A stretch of DNA of 26,722 nucleotides. Origin: a virus. Taxonomy: Duplodnaviria; Caudoviricetes. The stretch lies in the IMG/VR virus record IMGVR_UViG_3300011405_000023, positions 1 to 26,722 of that record; one strand, written 5' to 3'. The notes below the pieces were generated by a model. That model made no database searches. It saw only the letters and a list, made by a program, of their open reading frames with translations, and was not told where the DNA came from. Position numbers and translations under genes: made by a program. Within the stretch, counting starts at the first letter, position 1; each line of letters opens with the position of its first letter. Below, piece after piece: positions 15,591 to 24,841 of this stretch.

Positions 15591-17615
15591 ATGAACTATA
15601 TAATTACGAAGCACCCAGAGTTCTTCACAAAAATTCTGTCTGTCTCAATTAAATTGGGACAGGTAGACTTTTGTGGCTTAGAGGACATGATATTACCAGA
15701 TAAGATAGCAATAGATACAGAGACCACAGGATTAGAGGCACGCAAACAGGAGATATTTTGTACACAAATTGGAACAGGGGAGAATAATTATATAATTCAT
15801 ATGTATGATGACAATTATACATTTCAGGACTTAGTTCCTTATATTACAGGGAAAGTCTTGGTGGGACATAACATATTATTTGACCTGGGATTCTTCTACA
15901 AGTATGACTTCTGGCCCAAAGAGGTAAGAGATACTATGCTCGCAAGTAAGATTCTCTATAATGGAGATCCTACAGAGAGACATGACTTTGGAAGAGTTAT
16001 GGACAGAGAACTCAACGTTAAGTATGATAAGACAGAGCAGAAAAACATCCACATTGTTAAATTATCACAAGCCAGCACTATTGAATATTCATTTAATGAT
16101 GTGGATAGGCTGCTCGAATTGGAGGACACACTCTATAATCTTATCAAAAAGAATGGACAAACTTCCACTTATATGCTGCACTGCAGATATATAAGAGCTC
16201 TTGCCTATATGGAACAGTGTGGTATGCCAATAAGCAGCTATGCTTGGAAGACTAAGATGGAACAGGATATAATCAACTCAGTTAATTCTAAGAAAATTAT
16301 AGAGGAATATATCCATGACAACCTGCCTCAGTTTGCTAACAGACAACTGGATATGTTTGACACCAAGAAGAGAATAACCATTTCAGTTAGTTCTTCTCAA
16401 CAGATGCTTAAAGTCTTTAAGGCCTTTGGTATCCCTGTATTAGATAAGGATGGCAAGGAGAGCATTAATGATAATGTTATCAGCAAGTCTAAGCATGAGT
16501 TTGTAAAAATGTGGCTTGAGTATCAAAAAGCTACCCATAGAGTGACAACCTTTGGTGAGGGTATCTATAAAAGAATAGAACATGAGCGTATCTATACCAA
16601 CTTCAATCCAATGGTGGACACAGCTAGGCTTTCTACTCGTAGAGGAGAAATCAACTTCTTAAATTTTCCTGCAGATCATGAGACAAGAGATTGTTTCATA
16701 GCCAATGAAGGTAATAAGATGATAGTATGTGATTATGCTGGCCAGGAAACTGTTATTGCAGCAGACCTGAGTGGTGATGAGGCTATGACTAAATCTGTGG
16801 TTGATGGAGCTGACTTGCATTGCTTGTTAGCCAGAGTATTATTCCCTGAGATTGAGGACCTTGATGATGATACAATCAAGAAGGAACACAAGAGTAAGAG
16901 AGATGCTTCTAAGTCTCCAAGGTTTGCAATGTCATATGGAGGAAATGCTTATACCATTCACATGAATGAAGGTATACCATTAAAACGTGCTCAAGAAATT
17001 GAGGATGGATTCAAGAATCTTCACTCAGGATTATATGCCTGGGGAGATAGAGTATTTATTGCAGCCATAAAAGTAGGTTATATAGAATCTGTTGATGGTT
17101 GGAAACTAAGGCTTCCCTTCTTTGATGAGTTCACTAAGCTTAAGGCTCAGGTGGATGATATTACAAGAGAGAAGTGGACACAATATAAAATTGGAAAACT
17201 TGACTACAAAAAACAACAAGATGTTAGTGCCAAGGGACAGAGATATGATTTACAGTTTCCTGAGAGCGTTGCAATTTACAGAGAGAAGAAAAAGTTCGTC
17301 TCTAAGTACTTCAAACTACGTTCAGAATACTTACGATTGTGCCTTAATAACCCAGTCCAGACCAGAGGGGCTCATCAGATCAAGCTTGCAGGATGTCTAC
17401 TATTTGAATGGATAGTAGAGAATAAACTGCAGTGGATTGTAAAGATGTGTAATTCTGTTCATGATGAGCTAGTTATTGAGAGTATGGAAGGTTTTGAAGA
17501 ACGTGCTAAGAATGCTGTAGAAGTATCAATGCTTCAAGCAGGGAATCATTATTTAACTAATTTAACAATCAAAGCTGATGCCAACATTGGAAACAGTTGG
17601 GGCGAAGCTAAATAA
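15591..17615 (+). CDS. polA: Family A DNA polymerase with 3'-5' exonuclease domain
   Basis: ExoI DTETTGL, ExoII GHNILFD, ExoIII YSFND; motif A CDYAGQE, motif B RDASKSPRFAMSYG, motif C VHDE; no 5'-3' exonuclease domain. Confidence 0.95.
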   Translation: MNYIITKHPEFFTKILSVSIKLGQVDFCGLEDMILPDKIAIDTETTGLEARKQEIFCTQIGTGENNYIIHMYDDNYTFQDLVPYITGKVLVGHNILFDLGFFYKYDFWPKEVRDTMLASKILYNGDPTERHDFGRVMDRELNVKYDKTEQKNIHIVKLSQASTIEYSFNDVDRLLELEDTLYNLIKKNGQTSTYMLHCRYIRALAYMEQCGMPISSYAWKTKMEQDIINSVNSKKIIEEYIHDNLPQFANRQLDMFDTKKRITISVSSSQQMLKVFKAFGIPVLDKDGKESINDNVISKSKHEFVKMWLEYQKATHRVTTFGEGIYKRIEHERIYTNFNPMVDTARLSTRRGEINFLNFPADHETRDCFIANEGNKMIVCDYAGQETVIAADLSGDEAMTKSVVDGADLHCLLARVLFPEIEDLDDDTIKKEHKSKRDASKSPRFAMSYGGNAYTIHMNEGIPLKRAQEIEDGFKNLHSGLYAWGDRVFIAAIKVGYIESVDGWKLRLPFFDEFTKLKAQVDDITREKWTQYKIGKLDYKKQQDVSAKGQRYDLQFPESVAIYREKKKFVSKYFKLRSEYLRLCLNNPVQTRGAHQIKLAGCLLFEWIVENKLQWIVKMCNSVHDELVIESMEGFEERAKNAVEVSMLQAGNHYLTNLTIKADANIGNSWGEAK

Positions 17616-17623
17616 CTACTATC

Positions 17624-17929
17624 ATGTTTAGATTATATGTTTTAAAATGTGAAACTATCCCTGTTGAGGCAGAGGATATTATGGAGTGGAGAGATTTCTT
17701 TGACAGTGATGATGCCAGAATTGTCAAGAGAGAGTATGTTGGGGATGTTTTCATCTCTACTGTATTCTTAGGAATAGACCACTCAGGGACATTAGATGGC
17801 CCACCAATATTATTTGAAACAAAGATATTTGGTGGAGATTATCATGGGCTCATGGAAAGGTATACTACCTGGGAAGAAGCTAAGACAGGTCACAAGAGAA
17901 TCAAAAAAAGTTTAAAAGTTGACAAATGA
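17624..17929 (+). CDS. Widespread conserved phage hypothetical protein
   Basis: ISTVFLGIDH..PILFETKIFGG..RYTTWEEAKTGH signature. Confidence 0.75.
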   Translation: MFRLYVLKCETIPVEAEDIMEWRDFFDSDDARIVKREYVGDVFISTVFLGIDHSGTLDGPPILFETKIFGGDYHGLMERYTTWEEAKTGHKRIKKSLKVDK

Positions 17930-18267
17930 GAACTCTAACCACACTCTACAGAATAGCATATGGAAGAATTATGCTGGCTGAGGACAATGACTATACTTGT
18001 ATATGTCATATGATTAATACAATGGTCTTTGACAAACTCATCACAGATGATGAGGCTTATAGGTTGAGGAAGGATATCATAGCCAATAGGCCTACAGAGT
18101 GGAAGCATGTTGAAATTGCTGCACACAAGTCCTATGACTGGGATAGTATGTATTGGTTCCCTCTGGGAGAGTTGAAGTATAGGAAACAATTTTTACACAA
18201 AATGATAAACTACAGTAAACCTTGGTACATTAAATTATATTATTTATGGAAGGGACAGTTAAAGTAA
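17926..18267 (+). CDS. Hypothetical protein
   Basis: ATGA-coupled; CIC..YWFP..RKQFL pattern. Confidence 0.6.
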   Translation: MRTLTTLYRIAYGRIMLAEDNDYTCICHMINTMVFDKLITDDEAYRLRKDIIANRPTEWKHVEIAAHKSYDWDSMYWFPLGELKYRKQFLHKMINYSKPWYIKLYYLWKGQLK

Positions 18268-18509
18268 ACAGAGAAAACATCACCAGGCATCTCTTAGAGA
18301 AGCAGTTAGGTATGGTAGGTAAGTCTATGGTTGATACCCTAGATGACGACAAGTGGTACTTCAATATCACTATGACTCGTGTACAACACGAGGAGTTTAA
18401 AAAATATTCTGTAAAGCTCATTAAAAAAGTGTTCAGGTGTAATACAGGCAGAGCTTCAGACACATTTCATTGGTTTGATTTGGCCTTTGGCCTAAGAATA
18501 AAAGATTAA
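18246..18509 (+). CDS. Hypothetical protein
   Basis: 87 aa ending WFDLAFGLRIKD. Confidence 0.65.
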   Translation: MEGTVKVNRENITRHLLEKQLGMVGKSMVDTLDDDKWYFNITMTRVQHEEFKKYSVKLIKKVFRCNTGRASDTFHWFDLAFGLRIKD

Positions 18510-18511
18510 TC

Positions 18512-18808
18512 ATGAAAACAATAGTAGGAAAAGCAAAAATTGTACAAAGAGGTTTTAATATGAGTGTCCATTGTTACCTCAGCAGTGAGTTCAGGAGACT
18601 GTTAAACTGTGAATTCATTATTTTTGATATCAATAACCTGGTCATAAGGCGAGCAGGTATTGATAACAAGAAATTATACTCAGTCAAGTCCTCTCTCTTT
18701 GGTTTCACACCAAAGGCTGATGCCATTGAAGGAGTTATTGGTGACTATAACATTAAACAGCAAGACGAAGATACATTCATTTTAAAAAAAGTAAAGTACC
18801 ATGCCTGA
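18512..18808 (+). CDS. Hypothetical protein
   Basis: 98 aa, atcATG start 2 nt after the previous stop. Confidence 0.6.
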   Translation: MKTIVGKAKIVQRGFNMSVHCYLSSEFRRLLNCEFIIFDINNLVIRRAGIDNKKLYSVKSSLFGFTPKADAIEGVIGDYNIKQQDEDTFILKKVKYHA

Positions 18809-19010
18809 CAAGATTGATTACCCAGACATGTTCGATTGGGAACATGAGAGCGAGGCTCACTATCAAAGAATGATGGACCAAGCTCAGTATGAGGAGCTGG
18901 AAAGACTACCAGCCAGAATTGTTGTAAAAATTAAAACTAAAAAGAAAGATGACAATCAGACTAACAAAAGAGCACCTAGTAGAGCTGGTAAAAAAAGGCT
19001 TCACCCTTGA
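18801..19010 (+). CDS. Hypothetical protein
   Basis: 69 aa; acidic N-terminus, basic tail overlapping the next gene. Confidence 0.5.
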   Translation: MPDKIDYPDMFDWEHESEAHYQRMMDQAQYEELERLPARIVVKIKTKKKDDNQTNKRAPSRAGKKRLHP

Positions 19011-19572
19011 CCACATAGCTTTATTGATGCTTATTAAGGAGGGACATGACATGGACCTCCTTAAACAGGACAACATGAAGCTTGATGCTTTACATCAAAG
19101 CTTGATTAGAAAAGGTTTAATTACTGAAGAGAACAAGCTAACAATACCAGGTAATGAGTTGTTAGACTTTATGGCTGCTAAGGTAGCTGCCACTATGGTA
19201 AGGAAGAAACCTTCTACTAAAGACTTTGATGAATGGTGGGAATCCTTTCCCAGTACTGATCATTTTGAATATCAGGGAAGAGTCTTTACAGGTAGTCGTG
19301 GCATGCGTGTTCAAAAGGAAAAGTGCAAGCTCAGATTTAACTCCATAGTTAATGAAGGAGTGTACACTGCGAAACAGATAATTGATGCAACAAAGTTTGT
19401 TGTAGCTCTTAAGAAGGAGAATTCTTTTAAGAAGAAATCCAATGAATTAACTTATTTACAAAACAGCTTTACATTCTTAGACAAGGACCACTATGTTCCT
19501 TTTGTAGAATTAGCACAACGTGGTATACCAATTATTAACACAACAGCCTCTGGAGGGGGCACAGATATATGA
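18949..19572 (+). CDS. Putative replication initiator / replisome organiser (wHTH plus FDEWW..FP domain)
   Basis: LHQSLIRKGLIT..KLT..GNELL winged-helix end; FDEWWESFP and YLQNSFTFL motifs; lies in the replication module. Confidence 0.6.
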   Translation: MTIRLTKEHLVELVKKGFTLDHIALLMLIKEGHDMDLLKQDNMKLDALHQSLIRKGLITEENKLTIPGNELLDFMAAKVAATMVRKKPSTKDFDEWWESFPSTDHFEYQGRVFTGSRGMRVQKEKCKLRFNSIVNEGVYTAKQIIDATKFVVALKKENSFKKKSNELTYLQNSFTFLDKDHYVPFVELAQRGIPIINTTASGGGTDI

Positions 19573-20180
19573 AAATCAGACAAGAATTTGATAAAGACAA
19601 ATTGTTCTTTACATCAGACACACACTTTTATCACACTAACATAATTAAATATTGTGATAGACCATATCCTAATGCACAAGAAATGAATGAGGATATGATT
19701 AAGAGATGGAACGCAGTTGTTCCAAAAGATGGTATAGTATTTCACCTAGGAGATGTAAGCTTAACTGCTAAGAATCAGCCTTTAGGAGATTTACTTAAAA
19801 AATTAAATGGTACAATTTATCTTATCATAGGTAATCATGAAAATGATGCACTAGCAAATGATTGGATAAAAGGAAGATGGGAGAAAATATGTGATGTTGC
19901 TGAAATCCATGTTAAGGATGAGGAAATCACAGATGGAGAACAGCACATTGTAATGTGCCACTATCCAATGATTGTGTGGAATGGCTCACATAAAGGCTCT
20001 TGGCAGCTCTTTGGACATGTACATGGAGGATTAAGTAACAAAGGAAAGATATTACATCCTGTGACATCTATGGATGTGGGAGTGGATAGTCATGACTTCG
20101 CTCCAATATCCTATCAGCAAGTGAAAGAACAGATAACCAGACAAGCTATGGGTCATGAAAAGAATTTGGCACATAAGTGA
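19569..20180 (+). CDS. Calcineurin-like metallophosphoesterase 1
   Basis: SDTHF.H, HLGD, GNHE, CHYP and GHVH motifs. Confidence 0.9.
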   Translation: MKIRQEFDKDKLFFTSDTHFYHTNIIKYCDRPYPNAQEMNEDMIKRWNAVVPKDGIVFHLGDVSLTAKNQPLGDLLKKLNGTIYLIIGNHENDALANDWIKGRWEKICDVAEIHVKDEEITDGEQHIVMCHYPMIVWNGSHKGSWQLFGHVHGGLSNKGKILHPVTSMDVGVDSHDFAPISYQQVKEQITRQAMGHEKNLAHK

Positions 20181-20835
20181 TACACACACTTATCATGAAC
20201 AACTCACTATTCCTGAGGATATAGACATAGTGGTGTTTAGTGGTGACTGTAGTAATCCAAAAGATGCTTTTGAAAATGAGCCACAAGTAAGAAAGTTTAT
20301 TAGCTGGTATAAGAACCTGCCTATAAAGTATAAGATATTTGTGGCTGGTAATCATGATACATCTATTGAGAAAAGGTTAGTAACAGGGTCAGACTTTGAT
20401 GGTATTATATACTTAGAGAATGAGCATGTTACCATTGAAGGTATAAAGTTTTTTGGAAGTCCTAATCAGCCTACGTTTGGTACTGGCTGGTCTTTCAATA
20501 AGGCTAGAGAGAAGTTGGATAGACACTGGTCTATGGTAGATGATGATGTGGATGTGTTTATTGTACATGGTCCACCTAAGACTATCCTGGATGCAGCTTA
20601 TAATCCTCATAATGGGGTGCTTGAAAACTGTGGGTGCAATGCCCTCAAGAGACACCTCTTGGAAAGAATCAAACCAAAGCTTTGCCTGTTTGGCCACATG
20701 CACAACAACAAGGACATTATCAATGCTGGTACATTGAAACTATCAGCTCACATAACTGTCTTCAGTAATGGAAGTGTGGTGACAGACAAGTTGTTTGGGC
20801 AATTAACAAGTAATGGTAATATTTTAGAAATATGA
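20155..20835 (+). CDS. Calcineurin-like metallophosphoesterase 2 (MPPED2/239FB-like)
   Basis: ISDTH, SGD, VAGNHD, YLEN, VHGPP and FGHMH motifs. Confidence 0.9.
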   Translation: MKRIWHISDTHTYHEQLTIPEDIDIVVFSGDCSNPKDAFENEPQVRKFISWYKNLPIKYKIFVAGNHDTSIEKRLVTGSDFDGIIYLENEHVTIEGIKFFGSPNQPTFGTGWSFNKAREKLDRHWSMVDDDVDVFIVHGPPKTILDAAYNPHNGVLENCGCNALKRHLLERIKPKLCLFGHMHNNKDIINAGTLKLSAHITVFSNGSVVTDKLFGQLTSNGNILEI

Positions 20836-21416
20836 TAGATAACATAGAAAAAATACTGCCTTTCCTAAAGTTTGATTCTGAAGATGACTTCTATTATCTT
20901 CAGATATTACAACGTAAGAAAGAGAACCCTCAGATAGGATCCAACAGTAGGGTCATCAAGAACTATTACATTAAGTCTCAACAGTATTTATTGGACAGAT
21001 ATCCTGAGATGAAGATTCTATGTGAAGTGTTTAATGCAAGAGCTTCTATAAGGCTGAACAGAAGGTCTTTTGAGAAGACAGGCTTTAAGGCCTTAGAGAA
21101 CCTTGCACATACAATGCAGAACAGAGAATATGCATTTCTAATGAAGTCCTATGACAGAGCGTGTGGCCTCCTTAACAATGAGCCTGAGAAAAAATGGATA
21201 TTAGATTTAGATTTTGTCCCTTATGGACAGGAACATCTTGATATAAAGGAATTCATTGAACCTCTTGCTCCTGAAGGCAATAAACTGTTAGCTGTTATAG
21301 AGAGTAAAAATGGTGTTCATCTGATTACCAAACCTTTTAACACACTAACTTTTAGGGAGAAGTATCCTCATATAGAGATCCATAAGGATAATCCAACTAA
21401 TTTATTTATACCATAA
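20832..21416 (+). CDS. Putative archaeo-eukaryotic primase (AEP)-fold protein
   Basis: WILDLD (hhhDhD), ESKNGVHLI (SxxGhH) and a distal IHKD acidic residue. Confidence 0.5.
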   Translation: MIDNIEKILPFLKFDSEDDFYYLQILQRKKENPQIGSNSRVIKNYYIKSQQYLLDRYPEMKILCEVFNARASIRLNRRSFEKTGFKALENLAHTMQNREYAFLMKSYDRACGLLNNEPEKKWILDLDFVPYGQEHLDIKEFIEPLAPEGNKLLAVIESKNGVHLITKPFNTLTFREKYPHIEIHKDNPTNLFIP

Positions 21417-21418
21417 TT

Positions 21419-21580
21419 ATGAGTAGAACATTTAAAAGACCTTATTTTACGAGAGCAAAACAGGTCAGTAAGCAATGTAGATGTCATGGTGGTTGCCCTT
21501 GGTGCTTAGGCAACAGAATGCACAAGCATATTAAACAGTATGCTAAGGTGAGAGATCAACTTAAAGAAAAAGGATTATGA
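21419..21580 (+). CDS. Small basic Cys/His protein (53 aa, absent from the ORF track), probably Zn-binding
   Basis: MSRTFKRPY..CRCHGGCPWCLGNR..; ATGA-coupled to the next gene. Confidence 0.7.
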   Translation: MSRTFKRPYFTRAKQVSKQCRCHGGCPWCLGNRMHKHIKQYAKVRDQLKEKGL

Positions 21581-21795
21581 GCCTAAAAACAATAACTAAG
21601 AAAGTAGTTTCTTATAGTGAAATACCTAAAGAACTTACTACAAATCATTGGATAAACCAAGTTGAGGATATTGAGCGTATAGAAGTTCACATAGATGATG
21701 AGGAACCTGACCCTCTTACCAGCTGGTTAATTGATAACTATCCTGAATTAAAGGATGAAGAAAGTTTCTTCATTCATATGGATCATTTGTCATGA
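21577..21795 (+). CDS. Small acidic hypothetical protein
   Basis: 72 aa; ATGA overlaps at both ends. Confidence 0.6.
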   Translation: MSLKTITKKVVSYSEIPKELTTNHWINQVEDIERIEVHIDDEEPDPLTSWLIDNYPELKDEESFFIHMDHLS

Positions 21796-22853
21796 GCTTT
21801 GATGATTTAAGAGATGAGGTCAATAAAGGGCGTGAAGGTAGAAATGGTGGTATACCAATGGGCTTCAACAGACTCAATCATTATATAGGAATAAGAAGAA
21901 GCATGTATTATCTAATTGGAGGTCTTACTGGAAGTGGTAAGACTTCCTTTGTAGATGATGCATTCATCCTGAATCCTGTTGATTGGTATATAAGTCAGAA
22001 GGGTAAATCAAACATAAAACTTAAAATCATCTATCGTTCAATGGAGAGAAGCAGAACCTATAAGATGGCTAAGTGGGTGAGCAGGAAGATATTCCTGGAT
22101 CATGGCATTAGCATACCTGTAGCTAAGCTCCTTGGTTGGAATGATAAGATGAATGATGAGGAGTATGCTTTGTTTAATTCTTATGAGTCGTATATCAAGG
22201 AGATTGAATCTATTGTTACCATCATTGATGGTCCAGAGAATCCTGTAGGTATAGCCAAGGATATCAAAGAGTACGCCCTTGCTAATGGTCACATAGAACA
22301 GATTGATAAGTATAATAAGAAGTACATCCCAGATGATGAGAACTCTATCACGCTTATTGTTCTTGACCATATTGGTTTGTTGAAATCAATCAAAGATTTT
22401 CCCACTAAAAAAGCACTAATTGATAAGATGAGCGATGAGCTCAGATATGCTAGGGATTTCTATGGGTTTAGCCCAGTGGTTGTGAGTCAATTTAATAGAG
22501 ACATCTCCAATCCTATTAGGATTAAGAATGGAGATGTTGAGCCTCAGCTGGATGATTTCAAGGATTCATCTACAACTCAGGAAGATGCTGATGTTGTAAT
22601 GGCCTTGTTTGATCCAATGAGATATAAGGTGCCTGACCCTTCAGGATATGATTTGAATAAGCTGGTTGATACTACAGGCTCTAAGTTCTTTAGAAGCTTG
22701 CGTATCATCAAGAATAGCTATGGTTCAGATGATATAAGAATAGGGCTTGGGTTCTATGGTGAGATTGGAATGTTTAAAGAACTTCCACGTAAAAAAGATA
22801 TCACTGATGAAGATTATGCAGCAGTGATAGATAAATCTTTCTTTATAAGATGA
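21792..22853 (+). CDS. dnaB: DnaB-like (SF4) replicative helicase, ATPase domain only
   Basis: GIPMGF, GGLTGSGKTS, SME, VLDHIGL, SQFNR and FKDSSTTQEDADVV. Confidence 0.9.
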   Translation: MSFDDLRDEVNKGREGRNGGIPMGFNRLNHYIGIRRSMYYLIGGLTGSGKTSFVDDAFILNPVDWYISQKGKSNIKLKIIYRSMERSRTYKMAKWVSRKIFLDHGISIPVAKLLGWNDKMNDEEYALFNSYESYIKEIESIVTIIDGPENPVGIAKDIKEYALANGHIEQIDKYNKKYIPDDENSITLIVLDHIGLLKSIKDFPTKKALIDKMSDELRYARDFYGFSPVVVSQFNRDISNPIRIKNGDVEPQLDDFKDSSTTQEDADVVMALFDPMRYKVPDPSGYDLNKLVDTTGSKFFRSLRIIKNSYGSDDIRIGLGFYGEIGMFKELPRKKDITDEDYAAVIDKSFFIR

Positions 22854-23953
22854 CAAAAGATCAAATACAGAGAAGAATCATTGCTGACATTGTGAAAGCT
22901 GACTTCAGAGGCATAGTGCTATCAAGTGTAAGATCTGGTAAGACTAGAATCCTGATTACTGCTATAAAGGAGCATTGCAAGAAGGAGAATCCCAAAGTGT
23001 TGGTACTTTATCCAAATGTGGATATCAAAAACTCTTGGGAAGATGAGTGTGCCATTATTGGCTGTCCTATGAGCATCACCTACTGTACTTTCATCAGTAT
23101 GGGAAAAATGTTAGATGAAGAATGGGACTACATTGTAATGGATGAAGCACATCTTATTCCTGAAGAACACAAACTCCCCATAGCAGGAGAGTACGCTAGG
23201 AAGTACAACCATGTAATCTTAGCTTCTGGTACGTATAACAGGAACACACTTGCAGATCTTAGGATTCATACAGTGTTGCCACTTATAGTGGAGTATACTA
23301 CAGAGGAGGCTATTGATGATGGGATTATCAGTGACTATACAGTGTACATACATCAGTATGAGCTGAATCCTCACATGTTGAGACAATTTGGTACTACCAG
23401 AAAGTGGTGGAACACTGACACTAAGGAGCTGGCTAGACTAACTGAAAAGTTTGATAAGTCTCATGGAGACCTAAAGATGTTTGCTGCTTTAGCAAGGATG
23501 AGGTTCATCAATGCTAATGACTCATTACTATTTGCTGTAAACAAGTGGAGAACAGAGAACCCTGGGAAGAGATTTCTGATGTTCACAGAGAATGAAGGCT
23601 TTGCTAAAAAGTTCAGACTTCCAATGTTCAACAGCAAGAGTAAAGATGACAGTGTGTTGAAATCTTTTATCAAGAAAGAAATTAATCAACTTTGTTTAAT
23701 TAAGAAGGGGTCTGCTGGTATAACATACCCAGACTTGGACAACATTCTAATCACTTCAATTAATTCTAATGGTGAAACCCTAGAACAAATGCTAGGAAGA
23801 TCACTATTAATTGACACAGAACATTCAGACATCCATGTCTTTGTAACAGACAAGATTTTCCAGCTAAACTGGCTAGAATCAGCACTTTACAACATCCCAA
23901 AGGAGAAAATTATATGGGTAAAACAGCCTGGAAAAGTTGCTGGAGTCAGTTGA
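22850..23953 (+). CDS. Superfamily 2 (DEAH) helicase
   Basis: SGKT, MDEAH, ASGT, GITYPDL and QMLGR. Confidence 0.85.
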   Translation: MTKDQIQRRIIADIVKADFRGIVLSSVRSGKTRILITAIKEHCKKENPKVLVLYPNVDIKNSWEDECAIIGCPMSITYCTFISMGKMLDEEWDYIVMDEAHLIPEEHKLPIAGEYARKYNHVILASGTYNRNTLADLRIHTVLPLIVEYTTEEAIDDGIISDYTVYIHQYELNPHMLRQFGTTRKWWNTDTKELARLTEKFDKSHGDLKMFAALARMRFINANDSLLFAVNKWRTENPGKRFLMFTENEGFAKKFRLPMFNSKSKDDSVLKSFIKKEINQLCLIKKGSAGITYPDLDNILITSINSNGETLEQMLGRSLLIDTEHSDIHVFVTDKIFQLNWLESALYNIPKEKIIWVKQPGKVAGVS

Positions 23954-23967
23954 AAGTTGTATCTTTA
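23937..23967 (+). promoter_or_regulatory. Probable Bacteroidota sigma-A-type promoter variant
   Basis: TTG (23937-23939), 20 nt, TATCTTTA (23960-23967), about 30 nt upstream of ATG 23997. Confidence 0.45.
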
Positions 23968-23996
23968 TAGTCCAAAAATAACTAAATTAATTAGAG

Positions 23997-24824
23997 ATGA
24001 GTAAAACACAGACAATGGAATTACCAGAAGACATTACACAGGTAACGAACACGAACCCACGAGATTTAGTCGTAATCTCAATTCCAAAAATGGGTAAAGG
24101 GACAATTTTAGGAGCATTGACTACAAAGAAAAATGCTATTGTATTGGATTTAGAAAAGGGAGGTTATGAATACATCCCTGCAAGAAAACTTTCAACTTAC
24201 ACAAATGATCAGACCACTAGATGGGAATCTTTCCAGAATTACATTAAGTTTCGCAATGCTCTCTTGGAGCAGAAGGGTAAATATGAGTATCTACTTATTG
24301 ATGGATTGTCAGATCTTGACGATTTATCAGACCTTGGAGGAACATTGGCTTATATGAATACTACCATTGGTAAGAAATTCAATAGAGAAAAAGGTGCTGA
24401 AACAGGTAGAAAGTATGAGCCCTGGGAACCAGAGTTCAAATCTGTTCTCACCCTTCCTGAAGGTGCAGGCTATCTACACACAAGAAACTGGTTTATGCAA
24501 CAAATTGACTTCTTCAGACAAATCAGTCCTTATAGAATCTATGCTGCGCACATCACTGACAAGTACATTAAGGATAATGGAAAAGAGGATGTGATTGGTA
24601 GTGAGATTGCTTTAACAGGGCAACTGAAAAGAATCTTTGCTTCAAAAGTAACAGCATTAGCCAAGCTTGTCGCAGATGGTAATGAAAGATACCTCAACTT
24701 TGATGTCTTGAATGACAGCATTGTGGCAGGTAGTAGAGCTCCACAGTTAAAAGGTCGTATCTTAATATCAAAACAGGACTCAGAGGGCAATACGACTGTC
24801 TACTGGGATAACATTTATAAATAA
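23997..24824 (+). CDS. AAA_24 / Sak4-like P-loop ATPase (single-strand annealing family)
   Basis: SIPKMGKGT, LDLEKG, LLIDG, GAGY, AH..DK and LTGQLK. Confidence 0.75.
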   Translation: MSKTQTMELPEDITQVTNTNPRDLVVISIPKMGKGTILGALTTKKNAIVLDLEKGGYEYIPARKLSTYTNDQTTRWESFQNYIKFRNALLEQKGKYEYLLIDGLSDLDDLSDLGGTLAYMNTTIGKKFNREKGAETGRKYEPWEPEFKSVLTLPEGAGYLHTRNWFMQQIDFFRQISPYRIYAAHITDKYIKDNGKEDVIGSEIALTGQLKRIFASKVTALAKLVADGNERYLNFDVLNDSIVAGSRAPQLKGRILISKQDSEGNTTVYWDNIYK

Positions 24825-24841
24825 TTTAAAATTGTATTATT

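Noticed and set aside
17118-17330. Intein or intron in polA
   Set aside because: No C/S start with HN-C/S/T end, no homing-endonuclease motif, and the frame is continuous.
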